From the IMG/VR virus record IMGVR_UViG_3300029736_000011: DNA of 47,409 nt, one strand, 5' to 3'. Shown in pieces: positions 9,057 through 18,253 of the stretch. Origin of the DNA: a virus. Made by a program: the position numbers and the translations under genes. Every line of letters starts with the position of its first letter. The first letter of the stretch is position 1. The notes beneath the pieces are model-generated. The model did no database searches, was not told the DNA's origin, and worked only from the letters and a program-made list of their open reading frames with translations.

Positions 9057-9463
9057 GGGCACAGGGCCAGGGCACAGAGCGAGGCGCTGCACAAGTCAAG
9101 AGAACCACACACACTGCAGCACAGGCAAGGGGCCAAGGCAGCGCAGGCACCATGGATACAGGGGCACATAGGGGCCGAAAGAAAGTCAGGACTCAAAAGG
9201 ACTTTTTGTTGTGCTAAGCTAAACAAGAGCAATCATGGGCAAGTTGCTCGTTCATTCCTTCCTACCCACGGGAGAGGTTGCCTCCATAGTGTCGGAGGCT
9301 CCCTCTTCCAAGGGGGCCACCCCGGCGATGGCCGTAGGTACTACCGGCCCCCACCCCCTACTGCGGGGCGAGGAAGGCGCGATGGATTTTCGGATAAAAT
9401 CGAAAATTTTTTCAACATTTCGTTACGCAGGCCCGAAAGTTTGAACCGAAGGAGGGGCAGCAC

Positions 9464-10804
9464 TTGAAGTTTGAGCGGAGAAAACTCGCTGATTTGAGGC
9501 CCGCTGAATACAATCCCAGAAAGAAGCTGACCCCAGAGGACAAGGAGTACCAGGACATCAAGCGGTCGATCCTGGAGTTCGGGTACGCAGACCCCATCGT
9601 AATCAACTTCGATGGCACCATCATCAAGGGCCACCAGCGCCGGACAGTGATGATGGATCTCGGATACGAGGAAGCGGAGGTCATCGTCCTAGACATCCGG
9701 GACAAGACCAAAGAGAAAGCCCTGAACACCGCCCTCAATAAGATCACCGGCAAGTGGGACAACCAACTGCTGAAAGACCTCCTGGTGGAGCTTGACCTGG
9801 AGGGCTACGACTTCAGCGTGACCGGATTCCAGCGCACCGACCTGGAAGATCTGATCCAGCTGACCGAGGTGCCGCCGGAGGCCCAGGAAGATGACTTCGA
9901 CCCGGACGCAGCGGCGGAGGCCATCGACGTGCCGGTCAGCAGGGCCGGGAGCATCTGGCGTCTTGGACGTCACCGGCTCATGTGCGGTGACGCCACCGAC
10001 CCCGATGACGTGGCGCAGCTGCTCTCTGGGGAGAAGCTCGACCTGGTGATCACCGACCCACCCTACAACGTGGACTACGGTGCAAAGACAGAGTTCCTCG
10101 AAGCCTACCTGGGACAAGAAGGGAGCCGGAAGAACAGCACCATCGAAAACGACCACATGGACACCGGCAGCTTTTACAGCTTCCTGCTGGCGGCATTCCA
10201 GAACTTCAATGAGGCCATGCGGCCCGGAGCCGCCATCTACGTCTTCCACGCCGAAAGCACAGGCCTGCAGTTCCGGCAGGCCTACGCCGACGCAGGCCTG
10301 AAGCTCTCGCAATGCCTGGTCTGGGAGAAGAACGCCTTTGTCATGGGCCGGAGCGACTACCAGTGGCGACATGAACAAATCCTCTACGGGTGGAAAGAGG
10401 GAGCGGCGCACTACTTTGTGAACGACCGCACCCAGGACACGGTCTTCCTGGAGGATGAGCTGGAGCTGAAGAAGATGAACAAGCAGCAGCTGCTGGCCCT
10501 TATCGAGAAGGTCTTCCGGGACTACAAAGACCAGACCACCGTCCACTACGAAAACAAGCCCACCCGCAACGCTCTGCACCCGACCATGAAGCCCGTCCCA
10601 CTGGTGGGCCGGTTGATGAACAACTCCAGCCGCCCTGGCTGGGCCGTGGGTGACTTCTTCGGAGGCAGCGGCACCACCCTCATCGCAGCGGAGCAGCTGG
10701 GACGTACTGCCTACCTCATGGAGTACGACCCCAGGAACACCGACATCATCGTCCAGCGGTGGGAGCAACTCACCGGAGAAAAGGCGGTGCTGGCCAATGG
10801 ATGA
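9464..10804 (+). CDS. ParB-like nuclease domain fused to an N6/N4 DNA methyltransferase
   Basis: TTG start with a GGAGGGG RBS 7 nt upstream. The N-terminus has YNPRK...GHQRR (ParB-like). The C-terminus has VITDPPYNVDYG and FFGGSGTT. Confidence 0.9.
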   Translation: MKFERRKLADLRPAEYNPRKKLTPEDKEYQDIKRSILEFGYADPIVINFDGTIIKGHQRRTVMMDLGYEEAEVIVLDIRDKTKEKALNTALNKITGKWDNQLLKDLLVELDLEGYDFSVTGFQRTDLEDLIQLTEVPPEAQEDDFDPDAAAEAIDVPVSRAGSIWRLGRHRLMCGDATDPDDVAQLLSGEKLDLVITDPPYNVDYGAKTEFLEAYLGQEGSRKNSTIENDHMDTGSFYSFLLAAFQNFNEAMRPGAAIYVFHAESTGLQFRQAYADAGLKLSQCLVWEKNAFVMGRSDYQWRHEQILYGWKEGAAHYFVNDRTQDTVFLEDELELKKMNKQQLLALIEKVFRDYKDQTTVHYENKPTRNALHPTMKPVPLVGRLMNNSSRPGWAVGDFFGGSGTTLIAAEQLGRTAYLMEYDPRNTDIIVQRWEQLTGEKAVLANG

Positions 10805-10856
10805 GAAGCGGGGCTTCAGCGGGAGGGCCACGACATGACCACCGATGAACTAACCC

Positions 10857-11438
10857 TTGAATTGCGGGGGGGGGGCGCTTTATTTGGATAACAACGGAAA
10901 AGTAGCAGGCGGCGGATATTACCGGGTGGAGATCATCGCCCAGCTGTTCGGCGTCACCGTCCGCCGCATCCAGCAGCTGACCCAGGAGGGAGTGCTGCCC
11001 ACCACGGAGACCGTGGAGGGGCGGAGATATGACCTGGTGCCCACGATCCAGAGCTACGTCAAGTACCTCTCGGACAAGGCATACGGGAAGAACCGCTCCG
11101 AAAAAGAGAACGAACTGCGGGAGCAGAAAATGAGGGCGGAGATTGCCCTCAAGGAGAGCCAGGGGGAACTGCACCGGCTGCGGACGGACATCGCCGCCGG
11201 GAAGTACATCTCGGTGGAGGAAGTCATCCTCGACTACACCCGCTTCTTCGTGACCTTTAAGAATTTCGCCATGGCAATCCCGGCCAGGGTGGCCGACATG
11301 ATCAACGGTTACGTGGAACCCGTGGAGGTGCGCCGGATCGAAAAGGCGATCCAGGGGGAGATTCGGCGAATTCTAACCGCATTCGTGGTGGCTGGCGTGA
11401 CGGAGCCGGGAGGTGCCGTCGATGGGACGAAGAAGTAG
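10857..11438 (+). CDS. terS: Terminase small subunit, lambda Nu1-like (HTH)
   Basis: VEIIAQLFGVTVRRIQQLTQEGVLP parallels the Nu1 N-terminal HTH, followed by a coiled coil. The start is uncertain: TTG 10857 from the ORF track, GTG 10926, or ATG 10835 if the G-run were G9. Confidence 0.75.
   Translation: MNCGGGALYLDNNGKVAGGGYYRVEIIAQLFGVTVRRIQQLTQEGVLPTTETVEGRRYDLVPTIQSYVKYLSDKAYGKNRSEKENELREQKMRAEIALKESQGELHRLRTDIAAGKYISVEEVILDYTRFFVTFKNFAMAIPARVADMINGYVEPVEVRRIEKAIQGEIRRILTAFVVAGVTEPGGAVDGTKK
10866..10875. repeat. G10 homopolymer at or before the 5' end of terS
   Basis: Counted directly: attgc + 10 G + cgcttt. Confidence 0.9.
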
Positions 11439-13278
11439 GGGCCTCCGCTTCCGAAAATACCCGGTCACCCCCTACCAGAAGCAGGCCCTCGCTTCCCTGC
11501 AGCCGCCGGAGGATTTGACCGTCTCCGAATGGGCGGAGCGATACCGCATCCTGGACGCGAAGACGTCAGGAAGCCCCGGCCCCTGGCGGAATGATAAAAC
11601 CCCCTACCTCGTAGGCATCATGGATGAGCTATGCAACTACGAGACGGAGGAAGTCATCTTTGTGAAGCCTACGCAGGTGGGTGGAACAGAGACCATCCTG
11701 AACAGCATCGGACGGATCATCCAGCAAGACCCATCGCCCACCATGGTGGTCTACCCTTCGGACACCCTGGGGGAGAGCATCAAAAAGAACCGTATCGACC
11801 CAATGCTCAACGCCTCGCCGGAGCTGAAGCGCCGGTACCACGAGAGCGATTCCTCCGTTTCAGAGCTTCAGTTTGATGGGATGTACCTGGTCATCGTCGG
11901 CTCCAACAGCCCATCGCAGTTGGCCAGCCGCCCCATTCGGAACCTCTTCTTGGATGAGGTGGACAAGTACCCAGGCGCATCGAAGAAGGAGTCCGACCCC
12001 ATCTCACTGGCCACGGAGCGGACGAAGACCTTCCGCAACCGGAAAATCTTCAAGACATCCACCCCCACCCTGAAGACCGGGCACATCTGGAAAGCCATGG
12101 AGGCCGCAGACCAAATCCGACATTATTTCGTGCCCTGCCCCCATTGCGGGGAGTACATCGAACTGGTCTGGCAGCAGGTCAAATTCCCAAACGAAGACGG
12201 TATGACCTACGCAGACCGGGCGGAGTTCGCAGTTTACGAATGCCAGAACTGCCACGGCATCATCACCGACCGGCACAAGCCGGAGATGCTCCGCCACGGG
12301 GAGTGGCGCACAGTGGAGGAAAAGACCCAGTTCCCCCGCAAGGTGGCCTTCTGGATCAATACCCTCTACAGCCCATTCGTCCGATTTTCGGAGATGGTCA
12401 AGGCTTTCCTCACCAGCAAGGATGACCCCGACCTCTTCCAGAACTTCACCAACAGCTGGCTCGCGGAGCCGTGGGAGGACACAAAGCTGAAGACCAACGC
12501 CGACCTTGTCCTGGAGCGGCAGACCACGCTGCCGGAGTTCATCGTCCCCCAATGGGCACGGCTCCTGACCGCTGGAATCGACGTCCAGGAGACCAGCATC
12601 TACTACACCATCCGGGCCTGGGGGAATTACCTGACCTCCCAGAACATCGCCCACGGGCAGGTCTACAATTTCGCGGAGATCGAGCGGATCATGAACCTGC
12701 AGTACGCCAGGGAGGAAAGCGGAGAGCCGCTGGTGGTCTCCCTGGCCCTGGTGGACAGCGGCGACAACACCGACCTGGTCTACGACTTCTGCGCCAGCAA
12801 CGCAGACTGGGCGCTGCCCAGCAAGGGATCATCCCACCCCATGGATACCCACTTCAGGATTTCCAAGGTGAACAAGACCGACAGCAGAGCCTACGGAATG
12901 CAGCTGGCCATCATCGACACGGGGAAGTACAAAGACATGATCGCAGGCCGTATGCGGAAAAGGAACGGCACAGGCAGCTGGATGGTCTACCGGGGCTGCG
13001 ACCGGGAGTATGCGGAGCAGGTGACCGCAGAGCACAAGGTTAACGTTAAGAGTGGCCAGCGCACCGTCCAGGCATGGGTGCTCAAGACCTCCCATGCGGA
13101 CAACCACCTGCTGGACTGCGAGGTCTACGCCATGTGCGCCGCCGATATGCTTGGCGCTCGCACCTTCCACCTGGAGGAACTGGAGATGCCGCCCAGGGCG
13201 GAGACACAAAAGGAACCGGCTCCCACGCCGGAGGAAAACTGGATCGGCCAGAATGACAGCTGGCTATCGGAGGGATAA
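11422..13278 (+). CDS. terL: Terminase large subunit, lambda GpA family
   Basis: KPTQVGGTE (Walker A-like), FLDEVDKYP, and zinc-ribbon CPHCGE...CQNCHG. GGGAGG RBS 8 nt before ATG 11422. Confidence 0.9.
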   Translation: MGRRSRGLRFRKYPVTPYQKQALASLQPPEDLTVSEWAERYRILDAKTSGSPGPWRNDKTPYLVGIMDELCNYETEEVIFVKPTQVGGTETILNSIGRIIQQDPSPTMVVYPSDTLGESIKKNRIDPMLNASPELKRRYHESDSSVSELQFDGMYLVIVGSNSPSQLASRPIRNLFLDEVDKYPGASKKESDPISLATERTKTFRNRKIFKTSTPTLKTGHIWKAMEAADQIRHYFVPCPHCGEYIELVWQQVKFPNEDGMTYADRAEFAVYECQNCHGIITDRHKPEMLRHGEWRTVEEKTQFPRKVAFWINTLYSPFVRFSEMVKAFLTSKDDPDLFQNFTNSWLAEPWEDTKLKTNADLVLERQTTLPEFIVPQWARLLTAGIDVQETSIYYTIRAWGNYLTSQNIAHGQVYNFAEIERIMNLQYAREESGEPLVVSLALVDSGDNTDLVYDFCASNADWALPSKGSSHPMDTHFRISKVNKTDSRAYGMQLAIIDTGKYKDMIAGRMRKRNGTGSWMVYRGCDREYAEQVTAEHKVNVKSGQRTVQAWVLKTSHADNHLLDCEVYAMCAADMLGARTFHLEELEMPPRAETQKEPAPTPEENWIGQNDSWLSEG

Positions 13279-13281
13279 GGC

Positions 13282-13506
13282 ATGGACAATGACTACACGC
13301 CCCAGCAGAGGCTCCAGGAAGTGAATAAGGCCATCCAGGCCGTCCTCCTGGGTGGCCAGAGCTACAAAATCGGCTCCCGGAGCCTGACCAGGGCAGACCT
13401 TGCCCTGCTCAGGGCCATGCGGGACGATCTCGAAGCACAGATCGCCAGCGAGGGGAACAGCCACCTGCTGGACAACACCTACGTCGCGTTTTTCGAGGGG
13501 AGGTGA
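13282..13506 (+). CDS. Head-tail joining protein, lambda gpW-like
   Basis: 74 aa lying between terL and the portal. AIQAVLLGGQSYKIGSRSLTRADL...LEAQI fits the gpW pattern. Confidence 0.65.
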   Translation: MDNDYTPQQRLQEVNKAIQAVLLGGQSYKIGSRSLTRADLALLRAMRDDLEAQIASEGNSHLLDNTYVAFFEGR

Positions 13507-13510
13507 CGGG

Positions 13511-15109
13511 ATGAACTGGCTGGACACAATCATCGGCTGGATCAGCCCGGAGGCCGGAGCCAGACGTGAGGCATGGCGGCAAGTCCTGGCAGAGCAGCGC
13601 CACTACGACGCCGGAGACCACCGGCGGCTCAACCATGGCTGGTACGCCACCAACCAGAGCGCCGAATACACCGACCGGTACAGCCGGGACGCTGTCCGGG
13701 CCAGGTCGAGAGACCTGGAGCGCAACAGCGACATGATGAACTCCGTGATCGGCCCCTTCGTTCGGAACGTGGTCGGCAAGGGCCTGGTGCTCCAGGCCGA
13801 CACCGGGGACACCGATCTCAACAGGGAGATCGAAAAGCTGTGGAAAGTTTGGTGCAAAAAGAGGAACTGCGACGTCACCGGCACCCAGAGCCTGAATCAG
13901 ATCCTCCGCATGGCCGTCCGCAGGAAGAAGGTCGACGGCGGAATCATTTTTGTGAAGCGATACACCGCAGGCGGAGTCCTCCCCTTCAAACTTCAGATGT
14001 TCGAGGTGGATGAGCTGGACGCCTCCCAGGTGCTCCCCAAGCACAAGGGGAACCGGGTGGTCGGCGGAATTGAGTACAACCGGTACAACGCCCCCGTCGG
14101 CTATTGGATCAGACAGTACACCCTGGACGGTATGACCACCATCGACCCGATCTACCTTGATGCCAATGACGTGATCTTCTACTTCAGCAAGCGCCGCCCC
14201 TCCCAGCTTCGGGAGATGAGCGACATGAGCCAGACGGTCACCCGCATCCGGGACGCAAATGAATTCATGGTGGCCGTTTCAGTCAAGCAGCGGATCGAGG
14301 CCTGCCTCTCGGTCTTTATCAAGAGGGCCATCCCGACTGCTGGCATTGGACGGGGAAGCGCCCCTTCCGGCCCCCGGCACACCTACGACGGGAAGACCAT
14401 CTCCCCTGGCATGATCAAGGAGATGAACGTAGGCGATGAAATCCAGGTGGTCAACCCCCAGGGGCAGGCCACCGACGCCGCCAGCTACATCAAGCTGCAG
14501 CAGCGGCTCATTGGGGCTGGCCAGGGCATCAGCTACGAGGCGACCGCCCGCGACATGAGCGAGGCCAACTACTCCAGCGCCCGCCAGGGGCTGATTGAGG
14601 ACAGCATGACCTATGCGGAGGAAGACGAGCTGCTGGCCGATGTCCTCGACGAAATCTACGAGACCTTCATCATTTCGGCAGTCCTGGCCGGGGCGCTGAA
14701 CATTCGGGACTTCTGGAGGGATAAGGATCGGTATTTTTCCCACTCCTTCACCAAACCCCCGAAGGACTGGATCGACCCCAGCAAAGAAACCGTGGCCACG
14801 AAGACGGCCCTGCAGACAGGCCAGAAGACCTTCAAGCAGATCGCCGCCGAAAACGGCCAAGACTGGAGAAAGCAGATCGATGACATCTGCGAGGTAATCA
14901 AATACGCCCGTGACGAACACGGAATCGACCTGGGAGGTGTAATCCTTGGACAGAAAAAGACAGACGGCCTCTATGCCGATGAGGAAGAGCCTCCGGCAAC
15001 CGGCCAGGGTACCGCAGGCACCGTCCCCGCTTCCCTCCCTTCGGAGCCGGGAGCTGGAGAGCAGCAGCCCGGAGGCGGCGAGGACGGCGGAGAAGACGAA
15101 GATGAATAA
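13511..15109 (+). CDS. Portal protein, lambda family
   Basis: The N-terminus MNWLDTIIGWISPEAGARREAW...YDAG...GW...RSRDLERN is typical of Phage_portal_2. The start was set to ATG 13511. Confidence 0.9.
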   Translation: MNWLDTIIGWISPEAGARREAWRQVLAEQRHYDAGDHRRLNHGWYATNQSAEYTDRYSRDAVRARSRDLERNSDMMNSVIGPFVRNVVGKGLVLQADTGDTDLNREIEKLWKVWCKKRNCDVTGTQSLNQILRMAVRRKKVDGGIIFVKRYTAGGVLPFKLQMFEVDELDASQVLPKHKGNRVVGGIEYNRYNAPVGYWIRQYTLDGMTTIDPIYLDANDVIFYFSKRRPSQLREMSDMSQTVTRIRDANEFMVAVSVKQRIEACLSVFIKRAIPTAGIGRGSAPSGPRHTYDGKTISPGMIKEMNVGDEIQVVNPQGQATDAASYIKLQQRLIGAGQGISYEATARDMSEANYSSARQGLIEDSMTYAEEDELLADVLDEIYETFIISAVLAGALNIRDFWRDKDRYFSHSFTKPPKDWIDPSKETVATKTALQTGQKTFKQIAAENGQDWRKQIDDICEVIKYARDEHGIDLGGVILGQKKTDGLYADEEEPPATGQGTAGTVPASLPSEPGAGEQQPGGGEDGGEDEDE

Positions 15110-15668
15110 CCTCCGCCGCTACGGCACACTGCAGCGAATGGACGGCGAGGGCAATGAGCGGAAGTTCATCCTGTCCTTCTCTTCGGAGCAGCCCGTGACG
15201 CGGTGGTTCGGAGTGGAAATCCTCGACCACAGCCCCGGAGCCGTTGACCTCACCCGGCTGAACGACATCGGGTGCCTACTCTTTAACCACAACAGGGACA
15301 GGGTGGTCGGAAAGATCAACCGGGCCTGGGTGGAGGAATACAGAGGGTACGCAGAGGTGGAATTCGACACCGACGCCGAATCCGAAGTCATCTACCAAAA
15401 GGTGCGGAGCGAGACCCTGAAGGGAGTCTCTGTTGGATACCGCATCGATTCACTGGAGGAAGTCCTGGCTGGGAAGACCAGCGCAGACGGCAGATTCACA
15501 GGGCCATGCGAAATTGCGAGGAAGTGGTGCCCCCTCGAAATTTCCATCGTCTCGGTACCGGCTGACGAAACGGTCGGCGTGGGCCGAGAGGCGGAGCAAC
15601 CCGGAGAAATCCCGCTGGCCGTCTTCGAAAGCCAACTTCAAATCAATCTGAATAACAGCAGGAGGTAA
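15102..15668 (+). CDS. Prohead maturation protease (HK97 family)
   Basis: Contains LLFNHNRDRVVGK, GVSVGY and EISIVSVPAD. The start overlaps the portal stop. Confidence 0.8.
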   Translation: MNNLRRYGTLQRMDGEGNERKFILSFSSEQPVTRWFGVEILDHSPGAVDLTRLNDIGCLLFNHNRDRVVGKINRAWVEEYRGYAEVEFDTDAESEVIYQKVRSETLKGVSVGYRIDSLEEVLAGKTSADGRFTGPCEIARKWCPLEISIVSVPADETVGVGREAEQPGEIPLAVFESQLQINLNNSRR

Positions 15669-15673
15669 ATGCT

Positions 15674-17221
15674 ATGAACAAGCAGCAGCAGAGAGCCGCC
15701 AAAATTGCTCGCCAGCAGCAGCTGGTGAACGCAGCCAAGGCGGCGAACCGCTCCCTCACCGCAGAGGAGCAGAGTGAATTTGACACTCTGCAGAGGGAGA
15801 TCGACACCCTGACCGCCGAGATTGCCGCCGATGAGGCCCAGCAGCGGCAGGCCACTGGCACCACCCCGGAGGGCACTCCCGCACCGGAGGGCACCCCCAC
15901 TGACGCCCAGAGAGCCGTCGAGGCAGAGCGCACCCGCATCACCGACATCACCGCCATGTGCCGGGACTTCGGCGTAGACCCGGCGGACTACATCTCCAAC
16001 GGCACCACCGTGGATCAGGTCAGGGCGGCGATCCTCGAACAGCTCCGCACGAACCGCGCCCCCCTGTCCACCAGCGTCCAGGTGACCGGCTCCGGAGAAG
16101 ACGAATTCCGCAGAGACGCCTCCGACGCTCTCCTGCTTCGGTGCTCCCGCGTGGCGGTGGAGAACCCCACCCCCGGCGCACGTCAGCTGCAGGGCATGAG
16201 CCTGCGCGACCTGGGCATCGAATGCCTGATGCGGGACGGGCAGCACAACGCCAGCGCCCTGCTCCGCATGAGCGGCGATGACCTCTACGCGGAGCTGAGC
16301 CGCCAGTTCTACAACCCCACCGCAGCCTTCCCCGCCATTCTGGATGAGACCATCCGCAAGAGCATCGTCTACCTGTACAACCATGTGCCTACCACCTTCC
16401 AGGCCTTCACCACCACCGGGAGCCTGAAGGACTTCAAGCAGACCGCAGACCACGAGTACGTCATCGGCGGCGTGGGCGACTTCCTGCTGGTGCCGGAGAA
16501 CGGCGAACTCAAGGCCGACACGCCCAGAACCGACCGCCTGCCCCAGCGCAAGCTGGACACCTACGGGAAGCAGTTCAGCATGACCCGGCAGGCCTTCATC
16601 AACGATGACATCGGCTTCCTGACCGAAGTTCCCGGCCTCTATGCCACGGCGGCGAAGAAGACCATCGACAAGCAGGTGTACAAGCTGCTCTTCGAGAACA
16701 AGGCCATCTTCGACGGCAAGAAGTTCTTCAGCGCGGATCACCGCAACCACATCACCACCGGCAGCAAGCCCTCCCAGGCCAGCATCCAGCAGATCATCCT
16801 GAAGATGCAGCAGCAGGTGGATCAGTTCGGGGAGGCCATCTACATCACCCCCCGCACCATCGTGGTACCCGTTGGCTACGAGTTCGACCTGGCCGTCATT
16901 CTCCACTCCACCCAGGTGACCGGCTCCAACAACAACGACATCAACCCGCTGTACAACTACCCCCTGCAGATCGTCCAGTCTCCCGTGCTGAATGCCCTGG
17001 CAGGCACCGGGGCCTGCCCCTGGTTCATGGTGGCCAGCAGCGACAGCGCCCGTGGTATCCAGGTGGACTACCTGAACGGCCAGGAGACCCCCACCGTCCG
17101 CCGCATGGAGGTACCCGGCACCCTGGGCTTCGTCTGGGATATGTACCTCGACTGGGGCATCAGCGTCCGCGACTTCCGTGGCATTGCCCGGAACGACGGT
17201 GAAGCCCTGCCCACCGTTTAA
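15674..17221 (+). CDS. Major capsid protein (HK97 fold) with an N-terminal coiled-coil, scaffold-like region
   Basis: 515 aa with an AGGAGG RBS, placed after the protease. Q/A/E-rich N-terminal region of about 100 aa. Confidence 0.8.
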   Translation: MNKQQQRAAKIARQQQLVNAAKAANRSLTAEEQSEFDTLQREIDTLTAEIAADEAQQRQATGTTPEGTPAPEGTPTDAQRAVEAERTRITDITAMCRDFGVDPADYISNGTTVDQVRAAILEQLRTNRAPLSTSVQVTGSGEDEFRRDASDALLLRCSRVAVENPTPGARQLQGMSLRDLGIECLMRDGQHNASALLRMSGDDLYAELSRQFYNPTAAFPAILDETIRKSIVYLYNHVPTTFQAFTTTGSLKDFKQTADHEYVIGGVGDFLLVPENGELKADTPRTDRLPQRKLDTYGKQFSMTRQAFINDDIGFLTEVPGLYATAAKKTIDKQVYKLLFENKAIFDGKKFFSADHRNHITTGSKPSQASIQQIILKMQQQVDQFGEAIYITPRTIVVPVGYEFDLAVILHSTQVTGSNNNDINPLYNYPLQIVQSPVLNALAGTGACPWFMVASSDSARGIQVDYLNGQETPTVRRMEVPGTLGFVWDMYLDWGISVRDFRGIARNDGEALPTV

Positions 17222-17243
17222 TCGGAGAAAGGAGCGATAGAAC

Positions 17244-17615
17244 ATGGCTACCAGCAACGCCACCTACGTCCAGCGCGGTGAGGCACTGGACTACACCAAC
17301 AGCACGGAGGCCGTCATCCCCGCCGGTTCCGTGGTCAGCCTGACCACCCGCATCGGCGTGGCCGGGACGAACATCGACCCCGGAGCCGTCGGCTCCATCC
17401 ATGTGGTCGGCGTCTTCTCTATGGACAAGACCGACAGCGAGGAAGTGGCGATGGGCGATGCCCTCTACTTCGACACCGCCACCGGCAAGATCACTAAGAC
17501 CGGCACCAGCGCCACGCCTCCCGCCGGTTACGCCGCCGCCCCCTCCGCCGCAGCGGAGACCACCGTCCTGGTCAACATCGGCCATCCCCCGGCCCCCGTC
17601 GCAGCCGCAGGATAA
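17244..17615 (+). CDS. Head decoration protein (DUF2190-like)
   Basis: YVQRGEALDYTN...AGSVV...GVFSMDK...MGDALYFD fits the DUF2190 pattern. It follows the capsid gene. Confidence 0.7.
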   Translation: MATSNATYVQRGEALDYTNSTEAVIPAGSVVSLTTRIGVAGTNIDPGAVGSIHVVGVFSMDKTDSEEVAMGDALYFDTATGKITKTGTSATPPAGYAAAPSAAAETTVLVNIGHPPAPVAAAG

Positions 17616-17621
17616 TCCCCC

Positions 17622-17930
17622 ATGGACGAGAGCGAGGGCAAGCGCCTCCTGCTGGCACAGGCCTACATTGAGGCCGATGGCGGTCTGACCCTCTACCGCC
17701 CCGGAGACCTCCTGCCCTCGGACAGCCCAGATGCGGAGGCCTGGGTGGAGGCTGGGAGCGCCATCTGGGTAGACGCAGACTACCAGCCCCCTACCTATGC
17801 ACGGGCCAAACCGGCGACCGCTCCGGCTGGCCTCCCCGGCCTTGCAGTGGGCGGGGAGGCCAGCGGGGATGACCTGGTGGGCAGAGTACCGATGACCATA
17901 GAAAGGATGCGAGGCAAGTGGAGAGCTTGA
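17622..17930 (+). CDS. Hypothetical head-tail connector region protein
   Basis: 102 aa. Assigned by position only. Confidence 0.5.
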   Translation: MDESEGKRLLLAQAYIEADGGLTLYRPGDLLPSDSPDAEAWVEAGSAIWVDADYQPPTYARAKPATAPAGLPGLAVGGEASGDDLVGRVPMTIERMRGKWRA

Positions 17931-18253
17931 GCTTCAAGGATATTATTCACAACGACATCAAGCAGACCTTCCTCAACCTGGAGGAATTCGGAGAGACCCA
18001 CGAAGTGAACGGGACGCCGATGACGATCATCTTTGATGACATCGAGCACGTGGAGCGGGAGAAGCAGATGAAATCCACTATGGACGGCCTCTTTGTCCGC
18101 CAGTACTTCATGTACGTCGCAGCGGAGGACTTCGGCCCCCTCCCTGCCCAGGGCAAGCTGGTAACGGTTGACGGGAGGCGGTATGCGATAGTGGACGCCA
18201 CCGATGAGAGCGGCATCTACGGCATCACACTGGAGGCGAACCGGAGCAGATGA
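17918..18253 (+). CDS. Putative head-tail adaptor
   Basis: GTG start, 111 aa. Size and position are typical of a connector protein. Confidence 0.5.
   Translation: MESLSFKDIIHNDIKQTFLNLEEFGETHEVNGTPMTIIFDDIEHVEREKQMKSTMDGLFVRQYFMYVAAEDFGPLPAQGKLVTVDGRRYAIVDATDESGIYGITLEANRSR

Noticed and set aside
9235-9444. 69-aa ORF in the long intergenic region
   Set aside because: It has no RBS and no family match. It spans the GC stem-loops, so I keep the region as non-coding and structured.
9060-9460. Possible tRNA, or a known ribozyme or riboswitch, in the structured intergenic region
   Set aside because: I could not find a cloverleaf with a T-loop (GTTCRANNC) or hammerhead-type cores (CTGATGA...GAAA). 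This remains unassigned without a covariance-model scan.
15638-17263. 541-aa minus-strand ORF antisense to the capsid gene
   Set aside because: This is the same GC-driven artefact. It has no RBS and no recognisable motifs. The + strand gene fits the head-module synteny.
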